A DNA stretch of 64,000 nt, taken from the NCBI GenBank assembly GCA_963722075.1, contig CAVRJM010000001.1:1216001-1280000 (forward strand), given 5' to 3'. Positions 9,801 to 21,400 of this stretch are shown here, piece by piece (within the stretch, counting starts at the first letter, position 1; each line of letters opens with the position of its first letter). The translations under genes were made by a program, and so were the position numbers. The DNA comes from Candidatus Babeliales bacterium (GTDB lineage Bacteria > Babelota > Babeliae > Babelales > JANWKD01). The notes under the pieces were generated by a model. It made no database searches. It saw only the letters and a program-made list of their open reading frames with translations, and had not been told where the DNA came from.

Positions 9801-10282
9801 ATGATGTAAAATGGAGCCCTGACGGCAACTATGTAGTTATGGTTAGTGATACAGGGGGAGTAAATGATACGCATATATTTAAATATACTGGAGTGTCCTT
9901 AGTAGATGTAGCTGATATAAATCATGGTGCTAACATAAATAGTGCTTCATGGTCACATGGCGGTGCCTACATAGCCATTGGGGGACAACCACCATCTAAT
10001 GAAGCAGAACAAACGCTCAATCCATTTTTATTCCCCGTAAATATTATTCGTAATAATGAAATTTATAATATTCATGGACCAGCGCTTGCAGCAGGAATTC
10101 CAGGATATTCTACTGGCAGAGCGTTAAGTGCTTCATCTAATACCAGTTTAATTATACAAAATACTGCATTTAATAATGATGTTAATTATGTTTTTGTTAC
10201 TAATACATATCAACAATTTTTAGCAAATACACAAAGTATGTTCCCTAACTTATTATCCAACATGTTCTTTCCACCGCTATAA
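6887..10282 (+). CDS. Large secreted protein: Cys-Cys repeat stalk, parallel beta-helix and WD40 propeller (paralog 1)
   Basis: Signal peptide; 7 TCC-type repeats; NGTISGFTNNGI-type beta-helix; WSPDG repeats; C-terminal FPPL. Confidence 0.85.
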   Translation: MKNRRLKVFIARMVMVGLLVQHAVPLMAAYEQDSVSEQPAENLPIKNKRVKSEDSIDPHALIPTADTSEQIVVIDDEQLEHFIASIVKTVARNGTQETLSEEMMIFCEQLLTGKKEFSVGFLCKVVPQLLTLANKSMEEERAMRPNVGFQDGSIVGPLLSCNFDQVLALLHQIFNFLMQCCATIEFDLNGVFTLLNTDFNGTFTFLNEIENTLTTCCATIENDLNGVFTLLNTDFNGTFTFLNEIENTITTCCAIVENDLNGVFTLLNTDFNGTFTFLDEIENTLTTCCAIVENDLNGVFTALAALTVTVTVDFTDVFTTLDDINNTLTTCCAIVENDLNGVFTVLNTDFNGVFTALADLSVTVTVDFTDVFTTLDEINNTLTTCCAIVENDLNGVFTALNDISTSFTVDITNIFTTLEDINNTLTTCCAIVENDLNGVFTVLNTDFNGTFTMLTDIFNTLTTGCASITPCNPVFITQADVGTTGYTITQSGVYFLKENIVFSPATISDAITIEADDVQLNLQCFILSQGNAQPSVTGIVVVPGVNSTTIENGTISGFTNNGISVDLSVSDFTLLNTVIRRNGSGLFLDGVVGSPVSNFIVRNVEFNSNLIGLVMTNANNGIIQGSILSRNKTGIMMTDCSGNVISQCDINQTVQTDQESAYGIIAQGGSNNRFERCIIDGTSTMATTSAFEATGLYIGSDEQGDLIVWNQISNSTTSSNAFAYGIHMDYTFIGTSTEGMPSIVSTNTIMKLAWSPSDKYLGVNFGFSEKIYEFDLANDQFVQVASVTTPSATSGLSWSPDGSFIAFSDQSGAINIYSFAGTTLNFVTSFDVSPNIPQAVAWSPDGRFIAVGTSAGSSGEEIILEFNGSSLSQVASFSSTFAPLSIAWAPEGDFLAVGTTENVIVLKFVSGITLTQVAIATPFAPVPAVDWAVDGRSIVTAQNTGTQKVVVYSFSGTSLTIQATVNNSIIINDVKWSPDGNYVVMVSDTGGVNDTHIFKYTGVSLVDVADINHGANINSASWSHGGAYIAIGGQPPSNEAEQTLNPFLFPVNIIRNNEIYNIHGPALAAGIPGYSTGRALSASSNTSLIIQNTAFNNDVNYVFVTNTYQQFLANTQSMFPNLLSNMFFPPL

Positions 10283-10299
10283 TATATGAGGTAGTTAGC

Positions 10300-10335
10300 A
10301 AGGGTCTCATCTATTAATGCATGAGACCCTTTTTA
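10300..10335 (+). terminator. Rho-independent terminator
   Basis: AAGGGTCTCAT ... ATGAGACCCTT followed by a T run. Confidence 0.8.
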
Positions 10336-10444
10336 TTTTTATAAAAATTTAATGTATTGACATTTAAAATAAATTAATTTTAATCTATCTTAATCCAACA
10401 CAAAAAAGAGAGTATATTTTTTAAAAAAAAGGAGAGAGGGTTAA

Positions 10445-13400
10445 ATGAAGAATAGAAAGCTTAAAATCTTTATTGCCAGAATGGTAATGGTAGGTTTGCT
10501 TGTGCAACATGCTGTGCCGTTGATGGCTGCCTATGAACAAGATTCAGTAAGCGAACAACCAGCTGAAATAACCTTATCAGTTCAAGGTAAAAGAGTAAAA
10601 TCAGAAGATTCTATAAATTCTAATGTACTCATACCAACTGCCGAGACGAGTGAACAAATAGTAGTTATTGATGATGAGCAGTTAGAACATTTTATTGCAT
10701 CTATAGTAAAAACCGTTGCTAGAAATGGAACACAGGAAACATTGTCAGAAGAAATGATGATTTTTTGTGAACAATTACTAACCGGTAAAAAAGAATTTTC
10801 AGTTGGATTCTTGTGCAAAGTTGTTCCTCAATTATTAACGCTCGCAAATAAAAGCATGGAAGAAGAGCGTGCCATGCGACCGAACGTTGGGTTTCAAGAT
10901 GGGTCAATAGTAGGCCCATTACTTTCTTGCAACTTTGACCAAGTTCTTGCCTTGCTTCATCAAATTTTTAATTTTTTAATGCAATGTTGTGCTACCATAG
11001 AATTTGATTTAAATGGTGTGTTTACCTTATTAAATACTGATTTTAATGGAACTTTTACTTTTCTTAATGAAATAGAAAATACCTTAACTACATGCTGTGC
11101 AATTGTAGAAAATGACTTGAATGGGGTATTTACGTTATTGAATACAGATTTTAACGGAACCTTTACCTTTCTTGATGAAATAGAAAATACCTTAACTACG
11201 TGTTGTGCAATTGTAGAAAATGATTTGAATGGAGTATTTACGGCACTTGCAGCTTTAACAGTAACGGTTACGGTTGATTTTACGGATGTATTCACCACGC
11301 TTGATGATATTAATAATACACTAACTACCTGTTGCGCAATCGTAGAAAATGATTTAAATGGCGTATTTACCGTACTCAATACTGATTTTAATGGGGTTTT
11401 TACCGCATTAGCTGATTTATCAGTAACGGTCACGGTTGATTTTACGGATGTATTTACCACACTTGATGAAATTAATAATACATTAACTACTTGTTGCGCG
11501 ATTGTAGAGAATGATTTAAATGGTGTCTTTACCGCCCTCAAGGATATAGGTATAACGTTTACTGTTGATATAACAAATATATTTACCACACTTGAAGATA
11601 TTAATAATACGTTAACTACGTGTTGTGCCAATATTGAATTCGATTTTAATGGCATATTTACCACAGTTACCGATATAATTGCATCAGTATCGACTGATTT
11701 TACGCTAGCCCTTACAACGCTAATAGAAATTAATAATACCTTAACGGAATGCTGCGCAAATATTACCAATGAATTTAATGGTACCTTTACCGTGCTCAAT
11801 GATATTGAAAATACCCTTACAACATGCTGTGCAACCGTAGAAACTGATTTGAACGGGGTATTTACGTTATTGAATACAGATTTTAACGGGACCTTTACCT
11901 TTCTTAATGAAATAGAGAATACCTTAACTACGTGCTGTGCAATTGTAGAAACTGATTTGAATGGGGTATTTACGCTATTAAATACCGATTTCAATGGTAC
12001 CTTTACGGTACTTGCAAGTTTAATGCCTGCCTGCCCTAACACAGTAATTACACAATCGGCGGTAAATGCGAGTGGTGGCACCTATACCATTTCTAATCCT
12101 GGTAATTATTCTTTATCTTCAGATATTACCTCAACAGCAGCAACCATTATTGTTATTGATGCTGATCAAGTAACGTTAGATCTGTGTGGACGTTCAATTA
12201 TTGGGGCCGGCGTAGATAGTGGTGATCAAATTGGAATTACCGTAGAAGCGGGCCTTTCAGATATTGCAATCACGAATGGTGATATAACTAATATGAGTAT
12301 GGACGGTATTTTTGTAAATAGCGGCGTTTCCGATTTAAGCATAAGCAATATTGCGGTAAATAATACCGGAAGATCAGGTATTAATCTTGAAGGAAACAGT
12401 GAATCATTAATTACCGAAGTAGTTATTAATAACTGCACAATTTCTTTAACGGCAACGGGGGCTACAGGAATTGCAGGGCTAGTTTTAAATAATTGTGATA
12501 CGGTAGCGGTGCAAGGTGGAAATTTTGATCGTAATGGATCACTAACTAATGTTGCAGGAATATTAGTTAATGCATGTAATGATTGTGTAATCGATGCAGC
12601 CACTATGAATCTTAATACCAGTACCGGGTTATTATTAGTAGATTCTCAAAATTCAGTAGTCAATAATGTGGTAATATCAAGAAACACGGGAGCAGGTATC
12701 GATCTTTCAGGAAGCTCATTTAATACATTTAATAATTGCGCTATAACGCGTACTGTTGCAACTGCTAATAACAGTGCTTATGGTATTAGAGCATTAGGCG
12801 GTGGTAGCAATAGATTTGAAAATTGTATAATTGATGGTACCTCGACTGCCGCAACAAGTTCAGATTTTGAAGCAACAGGTATCTTGATTGGTAGTGACGA
12901 ACAAGCGGATATTATTATAAATAATCAGGTCTCTAATTCTACAGCTTCATCATCAGGATTACCATTTGGCATTCATATGGATTATACCTTTACTGCATTA
13001 AGTAATTCAAGCCTTCCATCAATTACTATTGGCACTACTATTGATAAAGTAGCATGGTCTCCTAATGATAAATATTTGGCAGTAAGTTTTGGAACTTTGT
13101 CTACAACCATTGCAGTTTATGCATTTGATAGAGATATCTTAGATTTAGTACAAGTCGCTACAGTTGCTCTTACTAACGCATGTCAAGATTTAGCGTGGTC
13201 CCCTGATGGCACTTATTTAGCAACGGTTGAGCCAAATGGTGTTAATGGTTTATTGCGAGTGTTCTTATTTAATGGTGTAAGTCTAAATCAAATAGCAACA
13301 GCAGCAGTAGGAACCGATGGTGGGGTTCCTGAATCGGTAAGTTGGAATGCTAATGGTAGATTTATAGCGGTTGTTGGAAATGCGACTTCATTAACGCGTG

Positions 13401-14230
13401 TAAATGCAGACCCTACCGTTTATGTTTTTGAGTTTACTGGTTCTTTACTTAATCAAGTTGCAACTACTGGTGTAGCAGGTACCGTAAATGCTGTTGCATG
13501 GGGCCCGCAAAATAATTATCTTGCGGTGGGTGCAATAGGGCTTTTAGATGTATTTAAATTTACTGGTGGAACCACCTTAACGCTTGCTGCATCATTGTCC
13601 CTTGGTACTGATTCAGCCAATTCTGTTGATTGGGCGGTTGATGGTCGAACCTTGGTAATAAGTAATACTACTGGAATCTCAGTTGTTGAATTTACTGGAG
13701 TTGCGTTAACGCCAATAACAAGCGTATCAACTGGTGTTCAAGTGAATGATGCCCACTGGAGTTCTGATGGGCAATATGTGGTTATTGGGCAAAATGAAAT
13801 AGCGGGAGGCGATGTAAAAGCGTATCTATATAATGGTACTTCTTTAACGCTTGAAAGTTCATATACGCATGGAGCTAATGTCAGTTCAGTTGCTTGGTCT
13901 CGTGGTGGTGAATTTATTGCTATCGGTGGAAATGTATCTGGTGGTAAAACGGAAGAAACACTTTTTGGGTTAGTGTTTCCTGCTAATACCATTATAAGAA
14001 ATAATGAAGTTTCAGGAGTGAGCGGGCCAGCGCTTGCAAGTGGAACTCCTGGGTTTTCAACGGGTCGCGGGATTAGTGCATCTTCAAATTCGAATTTAAT
14101 TATACAAAATACGGCATTTAATAATGATGTTAATTACGTATTTGTGACGAATACCTTTTCCCAATTTATTGCAAATACAGCAAGTCAATTCCCAAGTAAT
14201 TTAGCTAATTTATCATTCCCTCCATTGTAA
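10445..14230 (+). CDS. Large secreted protein: Cys-Cys repeat stalk, parallel beta-helix and WD40 propeller (paralog 2)
   Basis: Near-identical N-terminal ~400 aa to 6887..10282; 9 CC repeats; same C-terminal FPPL; upstream intergenic region also duplicated. Confidence 0.85.
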   Translation: MKNRKLKIFIARMVMVGLLVQHAVPLMAAYEQDSVSEQPAEITLSVQGKRVKSEDSINSNVLIPTAETSEQIVVIDDEQLEHFIASIVKTVARNGTQETLSEEMMIFCEQLLTGKKEFSVGFLCKVVPQLLTLANKSMEEERAMRPNVGFQDGSIVGPLLSCNFDQVLALLHQIFNFLMQCCATIEFDLNGVFTLLNTDFNGTFTFLNEIENTLTTCCAIVENDLNGVFTLLNTDFNGTFTFLDEIENTLTTCCAIVENDLNGVFTALAALTVTVTVDFTDVFTTLDDINNTLTTCCAIVENDLNGVFTVLNTDFNGVFTALADLSVTVTVDFTDVFTTLDEINNTLTTCCAIVENDLNGVFTALKDIGITFTVDITNIFTTLEDINNTLTTCCANIEFDFNGIFTTVTDIIASVSTDFTLALTTLIEINNTLTECCANITNEFNGTFTVLNDIENTLTTCCATVETDLNGVFTLLNTDFNGTFTFLNEIENTLTTCCAIVETDLNGVFTLLNTDFNGTFTVLASLMPACPNTVITQSAVNASGGTYTISNPGNYSLSSDITSTAATIIVIDADQVTLDLCGRSIIGAGVDSGDQIGITVEAGLSDIAITNGDITNMSMDGIFVNSGVSDLSISNIAVNNTGRSGINLEGNSESLITEVVINNCTISLTATGATGIAGLVLNNCDTVAVQGGNFDRNGSLTNVAGILVNACNDCVIDAATMNLNTSTGLLLVDSQNSVVNNVVISRNTGAGIDLSGSSFNTFNNCAITRTVATANNSAYGIRALGGGSNRFENCIIDGTSTAATSSDFEATGILIGSDEQADIIINNQVSNSTASSSGLPFGIHMDYTFTALSNSSLPSITIGTTIDKVAWSPNDKYLAVSFGTLSTTIAVYAFDRDILDLVQVATVALTNACQDLAWSPDGTYLATVEPNGVNGLLRVFLFNGVSLNQIATAAVGTDGGVPESVSWNANGRFIAVVGNATSLTRVNADPTVYVFEFTGSLLNQVATTGVAGTVNAVAWGPQNNYLAVGAIGLLDVFKFTGGTTLTLAASLSLGTDSANSVDWAVDGRTLVISNTTGISVVEFTGVALTPITSVSTGVQVNDAHWSSDGQYVVIGQNEIAGGDVKAYLYNGTSLTLESSYTHGANVSSVAWSRGGEFIAIGGNVSGGKTEETLFGLVFPANTIIRNNEVSGVSGPALASGTPGFSTGRGISASSNSNLIIQNTAFNNDVNYVFVTNTFSQFIANTASQFPSNLANLSFPPL

Positions 14231-14247
14231 TATAATAAGCTAAAATC

Positions 14248-14278
14248 AAAGCCGAGTAGTTTTCTACTCGGCTTTTTT
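14248..14278 (+). terminator. Rho-independent terminator
   Basis: AAAGCCGAGTAG-TTTT-CTACTCGGC followed by a T run. Confidence 0.85.
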
Positions 14279-14519
14279 ATTGCCCATACCGCTTTCTATT
14301 TGTAATGCACCAACATTGATGAAAGAATTAGGGTATGGAGCGGGGACCAAAAGTATACCAGTAAGGATTTATTACTTGAAAAATTAAAAGGTAAAAAGTA
14401 TCTTAACCTATAAAATCTTGTTTTTATCCTTAAATAATTGCTATTATTAAATTAAATAATAAGTACGCGAATTCGATGAAAGAGTATGATGAAATAACTG
14501 ATGATCAGACAAAAACCAC

Positions 14520-14616
14520 TGTCATTCTGAGATCTTGCTTTGCAAGATCGTAAGAATCCAGTTATAAAGATTTTTCATTTTATTCACTGGATCCTTACGC
14601 TGCGCTCAGGATGACA
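14520..14616. repeat. Palindromic REP/RPE-like element
   Basis: TGTCATTCTGAG...GAATCCAG / CTGGATCC...CTCAGGATGACA inverted arms. Confidence 0.8.
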
Positions 14617-14694
14617 TATGTAAAGTAGCATTGTTATTAGTTAAATAATTAATATTAAATTGTCGAAACTCACCTTATAAAAAAAGGAGAAAAA

Positions 14695-15099
14695 ATGGTT
14701 AATATAAGAAATTTTTTACTTTTAATAATGATAACTTTTATTGGTTTAATAAGCGCTGTTGCTAAATATAAGGTTCCGGTAATAACGGAAAAAGAAGTAA
14801 TGGCTATTTTAGCACCGATTGAAGTACCAGTGGAAACAGCTCAGAAAGTTAAATGTTATTGTTCATTTAAATGTGGGCCACGAGATGTTAAGCCTGATGA
14901 TACGCCATTTTATGATGAAGAAGTTGGTGTCTGTTTTTGCAAAAAACGTGACCAAGAAGCCTATGCGCAACCAGTTCATGAATGTCATAAAAAAAAGAAT
15001 GTTGATTTTCCTAATTCATGTGGTAGAAAGCAGTTCTTTAGAACGCCTAAAAATATTCCGGCTACTACTTCTTCAACTACTGTTCCGGCAAATAAGTAA
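14695..15099 (+). CDS. Small secreted Cys-rich protein
   Basis: AGGAG RBS, signal peptide, CYCSFKC...CFC...C...C. Confidence 0.75.
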   Translation: MVNIRNFLLLIMITFIGLISAVAKYKVPVITEKEVMAILAPIEVPVETAQKVKCYCSFKCGPRDVKPDDTPFYDEEVGVCFCKKRDQEAYAQPVHECHKKKNVDFPNSCGRKQFFRTPKNIPATTSSTTVPANK

Positions 15100-15109
15100 T
15101 AATTATCAA

Positions 15110-15207
15110 AATGTCATCCCGAGCGAACGCGTGGGGATCCAGGTTCCATTAAAAATGTTTTGATTTATTTATTCACTGGATCCTTACACTCCGTTCAGGA
15201 TGACATT
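15110..15207. repeat. Palindromic REP/RPE-like element
   Basis: AATGTCATCCCGAGCG...GGATCCAG / CTGGATCC...CAGGATGACATT; shares TTTATTCACTGGATCCTTAC with the 14520 copy. Confidence 0.8.
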
Positions 15208-15435
15208 CATAGGTTTCATTAGATTATAATTATTCTTATTAATTAATGAGCTAAAAAAGATTAATTATTCTATTTCTTAGTCAAAACTTATCTTGATCGA
15301 ATGTACGTCTAATTAGTTAAGAATCAAATATTTATTAATTCTTAAACACTTTTCAATGAAGTCTTGATTTTTTAAATTCCCATTTCTTAAGGTGGGCATA
15401 GAAAAATTTAAGATATCAATTGTTAAGGTGTTTAT

Positions 15436-18400
15436 ATGCAATTTTTTTTATTAATTCTATTAACATTTTTTGTTTCGCTTTACAGTGAAGGTTCCCTTAA
15501 AGAATTATCGTCCCAGAACAGCTTCATAGAGATTGGCGTAGTGCGTGCACCACGACCATCAACTACTGAGGGCGGATTTATTGGTTTAGCAGGCCTCTTT
15601 ACAACAACTCCTTCTATTACTGAAATAGAAAATATTGTATTTAATAGCGGATTCATCCAGGGCCCGATAGCTTCTACTATAGATGCGGTACCTCGTTTTG
15701 CTAATACAACCGGAAACCTTTTAAAAAATTCATTAGTGTTGGTGGATGATGCAGGTAATATTACGATTAATGGCATCACTAAAAATGGTAATACGGTATC
15801 ATGGCCTTCTATTGTAGGAGCTGCAGGAACTTTTTTAGGAAGTGATGGTGTTGGGAATTTAATTTATTCAACACCTGTTGGTAGTGGCAACGTATCAACA
15901 GCACTTCCTTTCACCACTAATGATGCTATTACTACCGTAGATATATTAAGCGGTTCACATGATATCAAGCAAACAAGCGTTACCATTGATAGTAGTGATA
16001 ATATTAATGGCATTAATTCTCTCAATGCTAATGTAGTCAATGCTCCCGCCTTAAATGGAAATGCAACATCTGCAACAACTGCAGGAAGTTTTACTGGTGT
16101 ACTTGCTGGTGACGTAACAGGGCCGCAAAGTGCGACGGTGGTAAATTTTGTCGGAGGCCAATCGGCAGCAAATGTAGCAGCGGCAACCGTGCTTGCCAAT
16201 GCGGCAACAAGTAGTGACGTGCCAAATACATTGGTGTTACGTGATGGATCTGGCAACTTTGAAACTAATATGATTACTATTGATGGTACGGTAACCAATC
16301 CAACTGATGTGGCCACCAAACAATATGTGGATGATGCGGTATTAACTGGTTTTGTTATTAAGGCGCCTGCTGTTGCATATGGTGCATCTAATATTACATT
16401 GTCTGGTCTTCAAACTATTGATGGGGTGGCACTTAATTCTAATGATCGCGTGTTGTTGAATGCTCAAACAAATCCGGTACAAAATGGCTTATGGTTAGCT
16501 CAAGTGGGTGCATGGACGCGGCCTGCTGATTTTGCTTCAGGGACTCAAGCGGAACGATCATATGTACTTATTACTTTAGGCACTGTTTTTGAAGGATCAA
16601 GTTGGGTTTGTGCTACACCAAATGCGATTATTGATACCGATCCTATAACATTTATTGAATTTTCGTTACCCAATCAGACGACGGGGGCAAACGTTGGTGT
16701 GGGTCAAGGACAGATATTTCAAAGTAAAACCGGAAATACACTCAACTTTAGAACAATTCTTGCTGGTCCACATATAGTGGTGACTAATGATCCCAATGAT
16801 GTCATGATTTCTACGGATGCTACGAATGCAGATACGCCCAATACAATAGTGCTCCGTGATGGCTCAGGCAATTTTTCTGCCAGTACTATTACGGCGGCCT
16901 TAACCGGTGCTGCATCATTAAACGTACTTAAAGCCGGTGATACGATGACGGGCAACCTCAATTTAGCGTTGCAATCACAGCTTCGTTTGCAAGATTCAAC
17001 GGGTAGCGGCAGTTATGTTGGCTTGGATGCACCTGCTGTTGTTCCAGTAAGTTATACCGTAAATTTACCAGCAAGCGCGCCGACAACGGGCCAAGTGTTA
17101 CAAGCAACCTCACCAACGGCATTACAATGGGCGACTGTTGGTGGTTCGACTATTAGTGAGGCATATTATGTGGAGCTTAGTGGTAGTGATGCAAATAACG
17201 GTTCTTTCTCAGCCCCATTTAGAACGGTAGCGCATGCCGTAAATGTGGCAAATGGCGTTGCGAGCCTAGCTAATCCGATAGTTATTCATGTAGGAGCGGG
17301 TATATTTGTAGAAAATAACAGCGGTGGCCCAATAACTATTAGTGCAGATGGCATTAGCATTGTAGGAAGCTCCAATTCTGGTACCACGATTGTGCCAACT
17401 TCATTAACCAATGATCTATTTAATATAGCCGCGGCAAATGTTGAATTTGATAATTTTACCATTTCAATATCTAATTCTACCTCAACCGGAAATGCAATTA
17501 CATTATCAACGAGCAGCGCTGGGTTAGCAACTTTTAATACCATAACTATTATTGGTGCATTTAATAATGGTTTTAATTTAAGTACCAGTGTGGGATCATC
17601 GTCAGTAGCCTTTAATAACATTTTAACAGGCGGATGCACTACCGCGATCTCATTAAATAATATGCAATGCGTAATCAAAAATTCACTTTTTCAAGGATCA
17701 TTAACAACAACGCCAGCTAATACCGGTTTTTCAATTACGGGAACCAATTCAATCATTTATGTACTTGGGAGTTTATTACGCTTATGTAATACCGCATTAT
17801 CAATTACGGGGGGTGCTAATATTCATGTTATTGGAACTACTATAGAATCTAGTATTAATGGCATAGTGGCAAACGGTGGCAGTATTGTAGAAATGGTGGG
17901 CGATAACTTTTCGTTTAATAGTCCTAGCTCTATAAATGTATTTGCATCGGGTGCTAACACGAACGTAACGGTTGATGGTTGCCAATTTGCCTGCGCTGAT
18001 ATGGCGGGAAATTCACAAGGCACTGCGGTGCAAGCAACTAATCAAGGGACCATATTGCTTGTTGGATCAAGTATTGAATATGCAGTATTAGGGATACAAT
18101 GTGGCGCGGTGAGTGATACCAGTGCTACTTCTATCCGCGCAAATGCTACAACGCTTATAGGATGTACTACCGATATACAACAATTAGGAAGTTCTACTTT
18201 TAGATTTGTAGGCGGGGTATTTGATGTTAATAAAATAAGCATAGCTAATGCAACAAATGTTACCTTTGCTGCTTTTGATCGCACCAACAATGAAACATTA
18301 GCATTAGGTAGTAATGCTGACACTAATCAAACATTATTTGAGGTATTAAATGCACAACCGACGTTGCCTTATCTTCAATATATGTCAAATTATTATGGTG

Positions 18401-21400
18401 CAAAAGGACCGGTATATGTAAATCCAAATGCTGATCCTACCTTAAACGGTGTTCAGGCGCAAAGTAATAACGCTTCTTATTTTGTGGTGACGGGTGACAA
18501 TACCAAACAAACAGGAATTAATTTATTTTCTGATACCGCAAATTTTGGCAATTCAGATAATATACGTGGTTGGGGAATCACCAAAGTAGGATCCTCTGCG
18601 GCATTAACATTTGTTTATACTAATAATGATTCTTCAGGCCAAGCATTACGTGGCTCAAATACGGTAATGCAACTTAACGGATTTGATAATCAAGTGGAAT
18701 TCCCCCTTGCAACTAATGCACCGCTGCCAACTAATACGGTGGCAAAACTTGTGTGGGCAGGTGATACCGATTTATATCGCTCTGCCGCTAATACTTTACA
18801 GACAGATGGTAATTTAGTTGTTGGTAGCTTAACACCAGCGGGAGTGGTCCATAATAATAATACCGGTTTACTATCTACTTCACTCATAGTAAATGCCGAT
18901 ATAAGTAACAGCGCAGGAATTACTGATAATAAATTAGCAACCATTAGTACACCAGGAAAAGTAGCAAACTCAGCAACCACCGCAACGAGTGCGAATGTTC
19001 CAAATACCATTGTATTGCGTGACGGTTCAGGAAATTTTGCAGCAGGCACTATTACGGCATCATTAATTGGTGCTGCGTCACTGAACGTGCTGAAGACCGG
19101 TGACACCATGACTGGCAACTTATTAATGGCAAACCAATCACAACTGCAATTCCAGGATAGCACGAGTGGTAATTATGTAGCGATAGATGCACCAACAACC
19201 GTAGCTGCTACTTATACCGTTAGTTTACCCGCAACGGCACCACTGAGCGGTCAAGTATTGCAAGCAACATCGCCAACTACCCTCACCTGGGCATCGGTAG
19301 GTGGTTCCCCTGCGGTTGCTAAAACATATTATGTTGCTTTAAATGGTAATGATAGCAATGACGGATCATTTGATGCGCCATTTAGAACCGTTGCGCATGC
19401 AGTGAGCGTAGCAAATGGGGTTGCAAGTAGCGCAAATCCTATTGAAATTAGTATTATTGGAGCAGGAATATTTATTGAAAATAATTCAGGAGGTCCAATT
19501 ACCGTAACTGCTGAAGGTATAAATATTATTGGTAGTTCAAATCAAGCAACTATTATAATGCCCACAACGGCGGCAAATGACCTTTTTAGTATAGTAGTTC
19601 CCTCAGCAAAATTTGAGGCTTTTCAAGTAGCGTTATCGGGAGTTGGGTCGACCGGGAATGCGGTTACGTATAATGCAGGTCCTATCGGTGTTGTTACTAT
19701 CGATAGAGTTGCGGTAAACGGGTCTTTTAATAATGCTTTTGCAATAAACGCAACTTCTGGTACTCCAACAATAATATTAAATAATATTTTATGTGGCGGC
19801 TGTGTTAATGCCATTTCGATTACTAATGCGCAATGCGTTATTAAAAATTCTATTTTTCAAGGATCATTGACAGCAAGCCCAGCAAATAATGGTATAAGCA
19901 TTACCGGAACGAATGCTATTGTATTTTGTCTGAGTAACGTATTTAAATTATTTGCTAATGCTATAAGTGTAACGGGTGGTGCAAGTGTTCGCATCTTGGG
20001 ATCTAATTTTGAATCTACTACTAATGGATTAGCTGCATTAGGAGATAGTAACTTAACGATTGTTGGTTGCAACTTCATACTTAATAATCCAAGCTCAATA
20101 AATATTGCAGCTGCAGGGGCAAATACTGCTATTACGGTAGATGGATGTCAATTTCAATGCAATGATGCAACGGGCAATCCACAAGGGACGGCACTTAAAG
20201 TAACAACAGGTGCATCAATACTTGCCGTTGGATCTTCTATTACAAATGCTGTAGTAGGTATTCAATGTGGTACAGCGGGAGACGCCAATACCACCGTAAT
20301 GCGTGCGAATGCTACTACTTTAATTGGCTGTACTACTGATATTGTACAAACAAGTAGTTCAGCATTATTTTTTATTGGTGGGGTATTTGACTCAAATAAG
20401 TTATCTTTTGCAAATCCAGCAAATGTTAGTTTTAGCGCATTTGATAGAACAAATAATGATGCATTGACGCTCGGCAATGATGCTGATACTAATCAAATGT
20501 TAATACAAGTTTTAAACGGTGAGTCACTATTTCCAAATTGGGCATATCGATCGAATTATTACGGTACTAAAGGAGTTGTTTACGAAAATCAAAATAGTGA
20601 CGCAACCTTTAATGGCGTGCAAGCGCAAAGTAATAATGCATCATATTTTGTAGTTACGGGAAATAATGCCGCTCAAGCGAGCATAAATCTTTTATCCGAT
20701 ACAGCAAATTTTGGTAACCCTAACTCCGAGAATGTTCGTGGCTGGAGCATTGTTAAAACAGGTACATCTGCCGACTTAGCATTTACCTATACTAATAACG
20801 ATTCATCAGACCAAGCATTGCGCGGTTCTAATACCGTGATGCAACTTAATGGTTTTGATAATCAAGTAGAATTTCCTATTGCAACTAATGCACCGCTGCC
20901 AACTAATGCGGTAGCAAAATTAGTATGGGCTGGAGACACCGATTTATACCGTTCAACTACAGCAACGTTAGCAACTGATGGTAATTTAATTGTTGGCGCA
21001 TTAACGCCTGCTGGTGTAGTGCATAATAGCAATACAGGATTACTTTCTACCTCGCTAATTGTAAATGCTGATATCAGCCCAGCCGCTGGGATTACTGATG
21101 ATAAACTGGCAACCATTAGCACACCAGGAAAAGTTGCCAATTCTGCTACCACCGCAACGAGTGCTGATACGCCAAATACCATTGTACTGCGCGATGGTTC
21201 AGGAAATTTTGCAGCCGGCGCTATTACGGCATCATTAATCGGTGCTGCATCATTGAATGTGCTCAAGACTGGCGACACGATGACCGGTAATTTATTAATG
21301 GCAAACCAATCGCAAATACAATTCCAGGATAGTACCAGCGGTAATTATGTTGCAATAGATGCACCAACAACGGTAGCTGCAACATATACCGTAAGCTTGC

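Noticed and set aside
7399..12081. Long antisense ORFs (245 and 373 aa) and the regular DNA repeats considered as a CRISPR array or DGR template/variable repeat
   Set aside because: The repeats are in-frame coding units without unique spacers. Differences are mostly synonymous rather than adenine-specific, and no cas or reverse transcriptase gene is present. The antisense ORFs are shadows of the repeat coding strand
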